DNA from: Octopus sinensis
Taxonomy: Eukaryota
Direction: 5' to 3'
Length of the DNA stretch: 64,000 nucleotides
NCBI RefSeq assembly: GCF_006345805.1
Contig: NC_043020.1
Coordinates: forward strand, 11,036,001 to 11,100,000
Below, piece after piece: positions 1 through 12,594 of the stretch. The notes under the pieces were generated by a model. The model was not told where the DNA came from. It ran no database searches and saw nothing but the letters and a program-made list of their open reading frames with translations. Position 1 is the stretch's first letter. Each line of letters opens with the position of its first letter. A program made the position numbers and the translations under genes.

Positions 1-2432
1 CTGACCAAAGCCTTGTGAGTGGATTTGCTAGACAGAAACTGAAAGCAGCCCGTCGTATATATATATGTGTGTGTTTGTCCCCCCCAACATCACTTGACAA
101 CCAATGCTGGTGTGTTTACGTCACCGTAACTTAACAGTTTGGCAAAAGAGACCGATAGAATAAGTACTAGGCTTACAAAGAATAACTCCTGGGGCCGATT
201 TGCTCAACTAAAGGCAGTGATCCAGCATGGCCACAGTCAAATGACTGAAACAAGTAAAAGAGTAATATATGTATTTATATGTACACACAAACACATAAAT
301 CCTTTAAAATGTTTTAGCCCTAAGGCCGCGGCCATGCTGGGGCACCACCATATATATATATATATATATAATGGAGACTACTGTCTGCTTTGACATATGA
401 TGGTCTAACAATATGTTTTTTTCTTCTGTTTTAGTTGTGATGTCTACAGCCTTTATGAGACTTCAATCTAGCCAACAATTTACAGACAAGTCCACAGACT
501 CAACTTAAGAAATAATCGTTATACGAGACAGCTGGCACAGTTAGTTCAATACCTTGTCGTTGCTCTCTGTTCTTCAAGATGATCCAGATGGTTGAATTCA
601 CAGTTCCTTATGGCTTTTCCAGTTTCTGTCCACCAAACCCATTGGTTGTCCCAGGGCTAAAGTAGAAGACAGTTGCTTGAGTTGCCATGCAGTAGGACTG
701 AACCCCAGACCACATGATTAGAAAAAGAATTCAATCTTACAACCGTGTCTGAATGGTGAGGATTCCTAACATAGGTCACACTTTTTGAAAGAGGAAGGTC
801 AAGGTTGAGTAGAGCACAAATTACTCCTCAGCATCAGTCAAATCCAGAAATGTACAGAGGGCTGCAAGCTAAGAACTAATCTGAAACTCAACTGCTCCAT
901 TGTCATTAAGTTGTCCACGTGACAACTTGCTGGGGCTGCCTGACAGGTGACGGTCGGTCGTTTAGAAAAAGCGTGGGCTAAAACTACGCGCCTTCACTAG
1001 TCAGTCAAGGTGAGACAGTATCATGTGACAACTTGCTGGGGCTGCCAGCTGGAGCCTATGCGGCAGGTATTTAAAGGGAAAAATTTGACAAGACTGTCAG
1101 TCACCGGCTGAAACTCGCTGACGATACATCGAAGAGGCCAGGGAACAGAAGAAAGAAGAAAGAAGACATGCACCCAACACCAGAGCTGAAGACACCTCCG
1201 AAAGGACGGGGCCCCGCCACGTCAAAACGGTAGAGGAGTAGGGGCCGAAACCCGACGTGGTTCCTCCTGACAATATCTCGAGCTAACTGGATCCTACAAA
1301 GGAGCTGTTGTGGTAGCAGACCACGAAACACGGTTGTAATTCCTAATCCTTTCTACTATAGGCACAAGGCCTGAAATTTTGGAGGAGGGGATAAATTGAT
1401 TACATTGATCCCAGTGTGTAACTGGTATTTATTTCATCAACCCCAAAAGGATGAAAGGCAAAGTCAACCTTGGTGGAATTTGAACTCAGAACACAGTGAT
1501 GGGTGAAATACTGCTAAGCATTTTGCCAAGCACCCTAATGATTCTGCCAGCTCGCTGTCTTATTATCAATAATAATTTTTTCTGCTATAAGCACAAAGCC
1601 TGAAATTTTGGAAAGGGGAATAGTCAATTACATTGACCCCAATACTTAACTGGTACTTATTTTATATCAACCCTGAACGGATGAAAGGCAAAGTTAACCT
1701 TGGTGGAATTTGAACTCAAAACATGTAGACAGATAAAATACCTATTTCTTTACTACCCACAAGGGACTAAACACAGAGAGGACAAACAAGGACAGACAAA
1801 CGGATTAAGTCGATTACATCGACCCCAGGTATTTATTTAATTGACCCTGAAAGGATGAAAGGCAAAGTCGACCTCGGCGGAATTTGAACTCAGTACGTAG
1901 CGGCAGACGAAATACCCATTTCTTTACTACCCACAAGGGGCTAAACACAGAGGGGACAAACAAGGACAGACAAACGGATTAAGTCGATTATATCGACCCC
2001 AGTGCGTAACTGGTACTTATTTAATTGACCCTGAAAGGATGAAAGGCAAAGTCGACCTCGGCGGAATTTGAACTCAGAACATAGTGGCAGACAAAATACC
2101 GCTAAGCATTTTGCCCGGTGTGCAAACATTTCTGCCAGCTAAGCTGAAAACACAGGGTACAATCTTCGAGTCAGAAAAGTGCCATGCTAAGAATTCTGTT
2201 AGCTCACCATTTTAATACTCTTTACTCTTTTACTTGTTTCAGTCATTTGACTGCGGCCATGCTGGAGCACCGCCTTTTAGTTGAGTAAATCGACCCCAGG
2301 ACTTATTCTTTGTAAGCCTAGTACTTATTCTATCAGTCTCTTTTGCTGAACTGCTAAGTTACAGGGACGTAAACACACCAGCATCGGTTGTCAAGCGATG
2401 ATGGGGGGACAAACACAGACACACAATCATAT

Positions 2433-2466
<34 letters not shown>

Positions 2467-3119
2467 ATATATACGACGGGCTTCTTCCAGTTTCCATCTA
2501 CCAAATTCCCTCACAAGGCTTTGGTAGGCCCGAGGCTATAGTAGAAGACACTTGCCCAAGGTGCCACGCAGTGGGACTGAACCCGGAACCATGTGGTTGG
2601 TAAGCAAGCTACTTACCACACAGCCACTCCTGCGCCTATAATAATAATAATATAATAATAATAATCCTTTCTACTAAAGGCACAAAGCCTGAAATTTGGA
2701 GGAGGGGGGACAGTCAATTACATCAACCCCAAGACTCAACTGGTACTTATTTTATCGACCCTGAAAAAATAAATGAAGGGCAAAGCCGGCCTTGGCAGAA
2801 CTTGAACTCCAAACATAGCAACAGGCAAAATACTGTTAAGCATTTCATCCAGTGTGCTAATAAGTCTGCCAGCTTGCCGCCTTTCAATAATAATCCTTTC
2901 TCCTGGAAGCACATGGAGGAAGGGATTAAGTCGATTACATCGACCCCAGTGTGTAACTGGTACTTAATTTTTCGACCCCGAAAGGATGAAGGGCAAAGTG
3001 AACCACGGTGGAATTTGAACTCAGAATGTAGTGGCAGACAAAATACTGTTATGCATTTCGCCTGGCGTGCTAATGATTCTACCAACTCGCTGCCTTTCAA
3101 TAATAATAATAATAATAAT

Positions 3120-3660
3120 AATAATCATTATCATCATCGTTTAACGTCTGTTCTCCATGCTAGCATGGGTCGGATGGTTCAACCGGGGATCTGGGAAGCC
3201 AGAAGGCTGCACCAGGCTCCAGTCTGATCTGGCAGTGTTTCTACAGCTGGATGCCCATCCTAACGCCAACCACTCCATGAGTGTAGTGGGTGCTTTTTAC
3301 GTGCCACCGGCACAGGTGCCAGGTGAGGCTGGCACCGGCCACGATCAGATTGGCGCATTTTACGTGCCACCAGCACGGAAGCCAGTCAAGGCGGCCCTGG
3401 CATCGGCCACGATTCGGATGGTGCCTTTTACGTGCCACTGGCACGGAAGCTAGTCAAGGTGGCGCTGGCATCGGCCACGTTCAGATGGTGCTTTTTACGT
3501 GCCACCGGCACAAGGATCACAACTGCAGTTTCCATTGATTTTGATGTCGGTGGACTTGACTCAATGGATCTCCTCAAGCACAGGGTCGAAATGGTGTTTC
3601 TTCACTTGCCACCTGCACAGGCGTCAGTCCAGCGGTCCTGGTAACTGCCGGGTGCCAGTC
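3120..3660 (-). mobile_element. RTE-associated SINE-like family D with (TGA)n tail and internal ~65-bp subrepeats (GTGGCACGTAAAAAGCACC)
   Basis: Related copies at 28236-28570 (-), 44490-44835 (+), 63690-63960 (-) and 38085-38165. The (TGA)n tail is shared with the RTE fragments in this window. Confidence 0.7.
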
Positions 3661-3697
3661 ATAGGATTGGTTCAATTTCGATTCCGATTTTGATTTC

Positions 3698-3699
<2 letters not shown>

Positions 3700-3728
<29 letters not shown>

Positions 3729-5160
3729 GTAATAAAAATAATATTTTCTTTATAGTAATACTAACATTTACATTTGGCAGATTTGGGGAAAGGCAAGAAT
3801 ACAAGAAGTAATTTCTATATACTACAAAGGTCAAAACAATGAGAAATTAATTGCAAAGGCTCATTTTTAAATGAACAGAAGATGAACGCAGTTCTGAAAG
3901 AAACTTCATGCAGCAGAAAATCTGGCAAAATTATCAACAATATTCAAAGAGAAATAAAATTAATCTAACATGTTTTCAATTAATGGATGAATGTGTAAAA
4001 AAATATTTACAAGTCATGCATTAGGGTATTTGGATAAAACGGTAAGCAATCTTCATAGAAATGATGGTTCTATTCAGTACAACGTTCATCGGCAAATGAA
4101 ATCATATCTTTGTCACAATAGGAAATTAGTTCTATGAATTTAAATTTTTATTGTAATTTTTCTTAAAGTCACAGTAAAAGATCCAGAATGCACACTGCCA
4201 CATTCCATATATAAATATATTTGTTATATTCTTTAAGGAACGAATTGTGAGACTGCAGAAAAATATGTACTACACATTTCAACAGGCATCAAAATACAAT
4301 TGTACAAGCATCTATTAAGCATTTCTATCTTGCCAAGCTGCTATTAAATAAATATACTTATAGATGCTGTCACAGAGAATGTGATACACATGACTGGGGA
4401 AAGGTTAAGAAAGGAATAATAATAATAATAATAATATAATAATAATAATAATAATAATAGTAATAAAAATAATATTTTCTTTATAGTAATACTAACATTT
4501 ACATTTGGCAGATTTGGGGAAAGGCAAGAATACAAGAAGTAATTTCTATATACTACAAAGGTCAAAACAATGAGAAATTAATTGCAAAGGCTCATTTTTA
4601 AATGAACAGAAGATGAACGCAGTTCTGAAAGAAACTTCATGCAGCAGAAAATCTGGCAAAATTATCAACAATATTCAAGAGAAATAAAATTAATCTAACA
4701 TGTTTTCAATTAATGGATGAATGTGTAAAAAAATATTTACAAGTCATGCATTAGGGTATTTGGATAAAACGGTAAGCAATCTTCATAGAAATGATGGTTC
4801 TATTCAGTACAACGTTCATCGGCAAATGAAATCATATCTTTGTCACAATAGGAAATTAGTTCTATGAATTTAAATTTTTATTGTAATTTTTCTTAAAGTC
4901 ACAGTAAAAGATCCAGAATGCACACTGCCACATTCCATATATAAATATATTTGTTATATTCTTTAAGGAACGAATTGTGAGACTGCAGAAAAATATGTAC
5001 TACACATTTCAACAGGCATCAAAATACAATTGTACAAGCATCTATTAAGCATTTCTATCTTGCCAAGCTGCTATTAAATAAATATACTTATAGATGCTGT
5101 CACAGAGAATGTGATACACATGACTGGGGAAAGGTTAAGAAAGGAATAATAATAATAATA
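3700..5160. repeat. Near-perfect 731-bp tandem duplication bounded by (AAT)n
   Basis: Copies offset by 731 nt. Only a 1-bp indel was noticed between them. Confidence 0.95.
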
Positions 5161-5498
5161 ATAATAATAGTAGTAATAATAATCCTTTCTACTATAGGCA
5201 CAAGGGCCTGAAATTTTGAGGGACGGCCCAAGTTGATTACAGTGACCCCAGTAATCAACTGGTACTTTATTTTATTGACCCTGAAAGGATAAAAGGTAAA
5301 GTCAATCTTGGCAGAATTTGAACTCGGAACATAAAGCAAGAAGAAAAGTTGCTAAGCATTTTGTCCGGCATGCTAATGATTCTGCCAGCTTGCGACCTTA
5401 ATAATAATAATAATGATAGTAATATTATTATTATTAATAATTATAATAATTGAAATGATAATGATGATGATGATAATGATGAGAATGGCAGCATCTGC

Positions 5499-5672
5499 CT
5501 AACCAATTATGCTGTCTACAAGGAAGAAAGTAAACATGTAGACAGCAAAGTCTTCTGCAATTGATGTTGTGTAGGCAATTAGACGTTGGTAAGTGTCAAT
5601 GAAGCTTCGATCCACACCGCAGAGAGCGAGGCCACTGTCTATCAGAGATCCTCTCTTGGGTAAAACAACGGC
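5499..5672 (-). CDS. CAMLG: CAML-like last coding exon (AVVLPKRGSLIDSGLALCGVDRSFIDTYQRLIAYTTSIAEDFAVYMFTFFLVDSIIG*)
   Basis: Poly-T acceptor ttttatttcag and TAG stop. Resembles the CAML C-terminus (LLLSGI...DLCVYFFTFIF). The four exons total 831 nt, giving 276 aa. Confidence 0.87.
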   Translation of the reverse strand, partial: AVVLPKRGSLIDSGLALCGVDRSFIDTYQRLIAYTTSIAEDFAVYMFTFFLVDSIIG

Positions 5673-6519
5673 CTGAAATAAAAAAAATAAAAAAAAAAAA
5701 AAAAAAAAAAAAACAAGATATAAAATTAAAATTTAATTAATTAGACAGAAGATAATGATTTTTTGGCATTATACACGTTTTAAATATTTATTTCTTTACT
5801 ACCCACAAGAGGCTAAACACAGAGGGGACACAAACAAGGAAAGACAAACGGATTAAGTCGATTATGTCGACCCCAGTGTGTAACTGGTACTTAATTTATT
5901 GACCCCGAGCGGTTGAAAGGCAAAGTCGACCTCGTGGAATTTGAACTCAGAATGTAGTGGCAGATGAAATACCTATTTCTTTATTACCCACAAGGGGCTA
6001 AACATAGAGGGGACAAACAAGGACAGACAAAGGGATTAAGTCGATTATATTGACCCCAGTGCGTAGCTGGTAACTTAATTTATCGACCCCGAGAGGATGA
6101 AAGGCAAAGTCGACCCGGCGGAATTTGAACTTGGAACATAACGACAGACGAAATATGGCTACGCATGTCACCCGGTATGCTAACGTTTCTGCCAGCTCGC
6201 CGCACATATATATATACATATATACGACAGGCTTCTTTCAGTTTCCGTCTACCAAATCCACTCACAAGGCATTGGTCGGCCCGGGACTATAGCAGAAGAC
6301 ACTTGCCCAAGATGCCACGCAGTGGGACTGAACCCGGAACCATGTGGTTGGTTAACAAGCTACTTACCACACAGCCACTCCTGCGCCTATAATTACATAA
6401 ATTATATAAATTAACTCTACATACAATATATTGTGTGCTCTTCAGTTTGACATATGAAACATGCCAGGTCACTATATGTACAAGTGTGTGAATAGCAGAT
6501 TGAATAATAAAGCTCTCAC

Positions 6520-6585
6520 CTTACAGAATCTGGGCAGAAATGTGTAGAATCCAAACTGTAGCAAAGTAAAGGGCACGATGATAGA
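6520..6585 (-). CDS. CAMLG: CAML-like coding exon 3 (SIIVPFTLLQFGFYTFLPRFCK)
   Basis: 66 nt, phase 0-0, acceptor cttattgcag, donor AAG|gtgaga. Resembles CAML [22 protein letters not shown]. Confidence 0.85.
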
Positions 6586-7089
6586 CTGCAATAAGAATTG
6601 ATAGTAAGGTATTAAGACATACTTCACATAAAGGGACCAGTATTCACAATATTCTGTTCACACACGTTCGTAATACAACCATCATTCAAAGGATATTTCT
6701 TTATTGCCCCACAAGGGGCTAAACATAGAGGGGACAAACAAAGGGATAAAGTCGATTAGATCTACCCCAGTGAGTAACTGATACTTAATTTATCGACCCT
6801 GAAAGGATGAAAGGCAAAGTCGACCTCGGCGGAATTTGAACTCACAACGTAGCGGCAGACGAAATACGGCTACGCATTTCGCCCGGCATGCTAAAGCTTC
6901 TAGCATTCAAAGGAAATGAAAATGCGAACAACATTGCTGTCTCTCCCTCCTTTCTCGTATTCAATCAGATGGAAAACAAGGAACTGAAGAATCTTCAGAT
7001 TTTTCAATCTTCATGCTAACTGAACTTAACAAACCCTGGTATTGCTTAATTGTAGTCGCAGATTCCACATCTTACCCTGGTACCACATT

Positions 7090-7365
7090 AAGCAGAATTT
7101 GGCTCATTGCCATACCTCAAGAGTCACAAGTGGTTGTTGGAGAATTTCGGGCCTCCAAATTGCCCCAATTGTAATCCATGCATTGCTATGTGTAGGGCAT
7201 GTTTGAAAAAGACGCCAACAACTCTGTCTGCAACACCAAGGATGAGCTGGTGGCCAAGATCAAGGAAGTGTTTGATCTTCCCAGGGGCACAATGAGAAAG
7301 GCATGCCCCAGGTTCTGGAGCCATTTGGAAGCCATAGTGGAAGCTGAGAGTGGCTACTTTGAGCA
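7090..7365 (+). mobile_element. Tc1/mariner transposase C-terminal remnant (PPNCPNCNP...TKDELVAKIKEVF...LEAIVEAESGYFE)
   Basis: Resembles the WPPNSPDLNP motif and the terminal L.AV..A.GG.FE. Frameshifted. Confidence 0.72.
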
Positions 7366-7617
7366 AACTGTGCGTAACTGGTACTTAATTTATTGACCCC
7401 GAGAGGATGAAAGGCAAAGTCAACTTCGGCAGAATTTGAACTCGGAACGTAACGACAGACGAAATACGGCTACGCATTTCGCCCGGTGTGCTAACGTTTC
7501 TGCCAGCTCGTCGCCTATACTTTTTAAATATTGTTAGTGAAGGAGTGTTAGGGTAGAAATGAAAATGGAACTCACATTAAACACACATCTAATTTATGTT
7601 AGTATTTTCAACTTTCA

Positions 7618-8110
7618 TCATCATCATCATCTTCATTCGACCGTGGTCGAGACAATGGAATTTACCATGCTACCCCAGACTTCACGGTCCATCATAGCTT
7701 TACGGAGGTCCTGTTGCTGGATGCCTGTATCCCTGGAGATTACATCAGGGTAGGAGAGTGTGCGCCCTCTGATATTGCGAGTAGATGGCTTCGAGATAGA
7801 TAGATAGATAGATCATTATCATCATTGTTCAACCATGGTCGAGACAATGGAATTTACCATGCTATGCCAGACTTCACAGTCCATCATAGCATTACGGAGG
7901 TCCTGTTGCTGGATGCCTGTATCTCTGGAGATTACATCAGGGTAGGAGAGTGTGCGCCCTCTGGTATTGCGAGCAGATGGCTTCCAGAGGAGAAGAGTAG
8001 AAATTGCCTCGCTTTCAGCTCTACAACAATGTCCAGCAAACTGGACTCTCCTACCTTTTCAACTTTACAAAAGGCTAATGATGTGTCAGACAGCCATTTA
8101 GTTACATTCA
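7618..8110 (-). mobile_element. Two tandem truncated 3' ends of the same RTE family (7618-7790 and 7814-8110) separated by (AGAT)n
   Basis: High nucleotide identity to 36660-36900. Confidence 0.85.
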
Positions 8111-8694
8111 TTATAGCATTTAATTGTAAAATATTACATTTCATCTTGCTAGCATGGCTTGGATGGGAATTAATTAGTCATGTATCTCCTCCAGAACAGG
8201 ATGCCTGCTTCTGTTCCTTTATCATACTTTAACCTCTCATCAATAGGCATAAATCCACCTCCCTAAATACTACTCCCCAACTCAGTTGAGAGGTTTTGTC
8301 TGGTGAATTACTTGGCAACCCCACTAGTGTTGGTGCCATATAAAAAGCACCCCGTACACTCTGTAGTGAAGGCACATGGCTCATGTGGTTGGTAAGCAAG
8401 CTACTTACCACACAACCACTCCTGCGCCTGATTGTTTACATTTTGTATGAGATTGTATGATAGCTATTAGAAACTGGCTTTGACCAGTTTGAACATAAAA
8501 CAAGCAGAATATTTTTGCTGTATATGGCCAGGTTAAATGCTAAAGGGTTAAAACAATGATAATAATGACGATGATGATAATGCTTTGCTAATGAGTGTGC
8601 CCCTACACAGCAGCACAGTTTGTTAAAATGGTTTTATAGAATTAGTCACAATTATTCACACAGTACAGAATGAATTAAGAAACTGTTGACTAAC

Positions 8695-9191
8695 CTCAGC
8701 AAAGAATAAACTCCAAGAGGAATTAAGGATCTTGCGAGTGATGAAGGCAAGTATCATACAACTGACCAAACGAGCGAAGTCGAAATGGAGCAAAGATAGT
8801 GTGGCTTTAGAGGCGTTTCCAGGAGGGAAACGATTGCCACCGTATGCCGACGATGTAGCCGATGTGGTATTGGAAGATGAGGGAGAAGACGTTCCTCTCT
8901 GTGAGCCGGTTGCCGAACCACCAGATGTGATTCCAGGAAATTTACTCTCGGCAAATGCATCGTTTGTCTTTACCGTTTTGTGAGTGTAGGTTTTCTCTGT
9001 TTTTGGTAAACTTGCTTCGGGAGTGAGCTCTTTCGAAACTGACCGGGAACTGGTTCCTTCAGTACGGTGCCTCAGTCCAATACCAATATCTTCAGCAGAC
9101 TGACATTCTGAAGGGTCAGCATTAGAGTCATCTTCTGCTTGTAGAGGGCTTTGACTCAGTTCACCGGTGTCCGAGTTGTTGTCAAAATCGT
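8695..9191 (-). CDS. CAMLG: CAML-like coding exon 2 (Ser/Thr-rich cytosolic linker plus first TM: DFARLVSCMILAFITRKILNSSWSLFFAE)
   Basis: 497-nt open exon, acceptor tttttaacag, donor GAG|gttagt. The TM segment resembles CAML FRLVGCALLALGVR. Absent from the ORF track because it lacks its own ATG in this frame. Confidence 0.85.
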
Positions 9192-9434
9192 CTGTTAAAA
9201 ATTAATTTTAGGTTATTACAAAGTTAAATAGTGATAATAATTCTTTCAAATTTTGGCACAAAGTCAGTAATTTTTAGGAGGTGGAAGATAATTGATTACA
9301 TCAATCCCAGTGTTTAACTGGCACTTATTTTATCAACCCCTAAATGGATGAAAGGCAAAGTTGATCTCGGCTGCATTCGAGCTCAGAACGTAAAGAGTCA
9401 GAGGAAATATTACTATGCACTTTGTCCAGCACAA

Positions 9435-9466
<32 letters not shown>

Positions 9467-9490
9467 ATAATAATAATAATAATAATAATA

Positions 9491-9885
9491 GGCGCAGGAG
9501 TTGCTGTGTGGTAAGTAGCTTGTTTACCAACCACTTGGTTCCGGGTTCAGTCCCACTGCGTGGCACCTTGGGCAAGTGTCTTCTACTATAGCCTTGGGCC
9601 GACCAAAGCCTTGTGAGTGGGATTTGGTAGACGGAAACTGAAAGAAGCCCGTCATATATATGTATATATATATATATTTAGTGCGTTTGTGTGTCTGTGT
9701 TTGTCCCCCTAGCATTGCTTGACAACCGATGCTGGTGTGTTTACTTAGCGGTTCGGCAAAAGAGACCGATAGAATAAGTACTGGGCTTACAAAAGAATAA
9801 GTCTCGGGGTCGAGTTGCTCAATTAAAGGCGGTGCTCCAGCATGGCTGCAGTCAAATGACTGAAACAAGTAAAAGAGTAAGAGTA
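9491..9885 (+). mobile_element. SINE family A (tRNA-like head GGCGCAGGAGTGGCTGTGTGGTAAG...GGTTCAGTCCC, internal (TA/TG)n, tail ...GACTGAAACAAGTAAAAGAG); representative copy
   Basis: About 400 bp, with many near-identical copies. Plus strand: about 1-270, 26966-27380, 27385-27815, 46920-47245, 49420-49797, 55533-55927, 63085-63530. Minus strand: about 2215-2637, 6205-6388, 18255-18797 (split), 19945-20358, 23915-24463, 29005-29398, 30625-31067, 41130-41822, 62010-62405. Confidence 0.9.
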
Positions 9886-12557
9886 GAGGCATTGGCTATC
9901 GTGGATTCTGATCTTAATTGATTGGAAGTGTTATCATCTACATGCTTTGTTGTAGTATAAAAGATGGGTTACAGCAAATATTCTGCTCAATACCACAGAT
10001 TTGCTTGTCAGTTGCTTGACTTCAAACCAGTTGAGCATGTCCTTTAGTAGCTGACTATATATGCATCTCTGATCACGAGCAGAAGTAGTAAAAGAGCATC
10101 ATAGTCATGTGTTGAGAGGGATTCTTTGGGGTTTGACTAATTCACCTCTGGAAACATGGGTGTTTCGTGCAACATCCTTAAACAACCCTTATTTAGGGAC
10201 CTTTTGAACAGGCCGGGCTACTCGACCAGAAGAAAATTCTAACTGGGTCCCACCTGCGAGGTCATGCACTGTTTATCTTGATATGAGATCACCACGTCAG
10301 GCATATAGGGTTGTGATGCATGTGCCTGGTGTACCCTTATCAGACAGGTAGTCATGAAGGGTATATTGGGCTTCGTGTATTTGTGTCCCAGTATCACTTT
10401 GATGGTATGTACTGCTCTCTCACTCAATAATAATAATGGTAATCTTTCCTTTATTAGCTGCACAGCTTTAAGAAATGCAATGAAATACAATACATAGATT
10501 AAAAAAGAAACAGTTTTTATTTTTTAATCAAATTGCGTTTTAGATAAACTGTTTCAAGATTAACACTGTTTTAGATAAATTGCATTTAGATTAATTGTAT
10601 TTAAGACAAATTGTTTTAGACTAATAGTTTTAGATAAATTGCATTTAGATTAATTGTATTTTAGACAAACTTGCTGGATATAGATAGATAGATAAAAGTG
10701 AAAATGAAAAAGCAAAATGTTTGGTATTGCTTGAAAAAGACATTTGATTTAGATAGAGAATCACTTGCTCAAGGAGAAACCACTTATAGCCACTTCTGAT
10801 AGGCAGTATTAACATCACACTTTCAGTTGCAGCTCAAACCGGAGTTTTAGTGGGAAACGCAACTGAGAACTCATAGTACATACCTATTACTTTACATCAG
10901 TTGATGAAGACTCCTCATATATTCTTTATACACACACACACATATATAGGGTTGTCCCAGAAGTAATGTAAAAGTAGCCATAACTTTATTAAGTGGCATA
11001 GCATGTTCAAATTGTACATGTTTTCCAATTTTTTTTTCTTTCGAAACAGAAATAATGAGTGAGGGGTTGAAAAAAAATCATAAATTTGCAATTTTTTTTA
11101 TAATAGCATAAAGGTGTTTAAAGGGGGGGAAATATTGAAAACATCAACACATGTGAGAGTAACAAAGAAACGAGAAAGGTGATCGTGTGATGTGCTAGAA
11201 ACAACAGCCAAATCTCCTTTAAATCATACACATTTTCGCCTGAAAATATTTACAATTTTTTTTAAAAATTGGAAAGACTCCCCCCCCCTCCCCATTTTCT
11301 CACAAATTTTTTTTTTTTTTTTTTCAAAAACCCACGTTTTCGGATACAGAGATTCTGAAAAAATACCCCAAATCGGAATTTTGAAATTTCTGGCCCCACT
11401 TCCCCTCCACAATTTCTTCATTTTTCACTTTTTTTCTGTAACCTTAACAGTAACACTAAAATCCCAACCCTAACACTACCCCTAACTTGAAAAATTTGGG
11501 GGAATTTTTTTCAGAATCATAACCTCTGTATTTTTCCACATATTTTGAAAAAAAAAAAAAATTTCTGAAAAGTTAAAAAATGAAGAATTTGGGGGGCGGG
11601 GAATTTCAAAATGCCGACTTTTGCCAATTTTATTGCAGATTCGTATTCTCCGTAGCCGAAAACGGAGGATATGTAGAAAATAAATAAATAAAGGGAGGGG
11701 GCAAAAGGAAGTTTTACCAAAAATTTTAACTGAAGAAACTTCTCCCATAGTGTTAGTTCTTGACTCCAAATAAATAAACACGGAAAGAGAAAACTGAAAA
11801 TAATGTCCAAACTCCAGGAACGTGTCATCCATCTGAGCTTACGTCTGGAACATAAAGTACACAGCTGGCTTCTCCTATCAACTGACCATCAAATTATTTC
11901 GGCTCTACTTTTTACCACCATCCCCCTGCGGCAACATCGAATTTTTAGTGAAGTACAATAAATGCCAGAAAGTAAGAAAGATAAATAGTAGCTTCGTATA
12001 TTGGTTTCAAACTCTGGCACAAGCCCAGCAATTTCGGGGAGGGGTGTAAGTCGATTACATCGACTCAAGTCGATAGCTATAGCCTGACCGACCAGGCTAT
12101 CAGATGTTGTCACACATCGCTGGTCACAATGCGCTTCGCATTGTTTTAGCCTTCGAATGACGCCACTCCACTAGCTAAGCTAGCAGGCCAACAGAAGAAA
12201 GAGTGAGAGAAAGTTGTGGCGAAAGAGTACAGCAGGGATCGCCACCACCCCCGGAGTATTTTTTTTTTAGGTGTTTTCGCTCAATAAACACTCACAACGC
12301 CTGGTCTGGGAATCGAAACCGCGATCCTTCGACCGCGAGTCCGCTGCTCTAACCACTGGGCCATTGTGCCTCCACATTCGCGACGAGCTTCTGCACAGTT
12401 TCCGTCTACCAAATCCACTTACAAAGAGTGGCTGACTCTATGTTATTGTAGAAGACACTCGCCCATGGAGCAGCGTAGCTCGATTAAACCTGAAGCCAAG
12501 TGATTACAAGGTGAACTTCTGAAACACGCAGCCATGCCCGTGGGTGTATAAATGTAT

Positions 12558-12594
<37 letters not shown>

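Noticed and set aside
737-1339. 12-bp inverted repeat TTACAACCGTGT/ACACGGTTGTAA around the GC-richer island
   Set aside because: No TSD is present, the left copy lies in a decayed repeat, and about one such match is expected by chance in a window this size.
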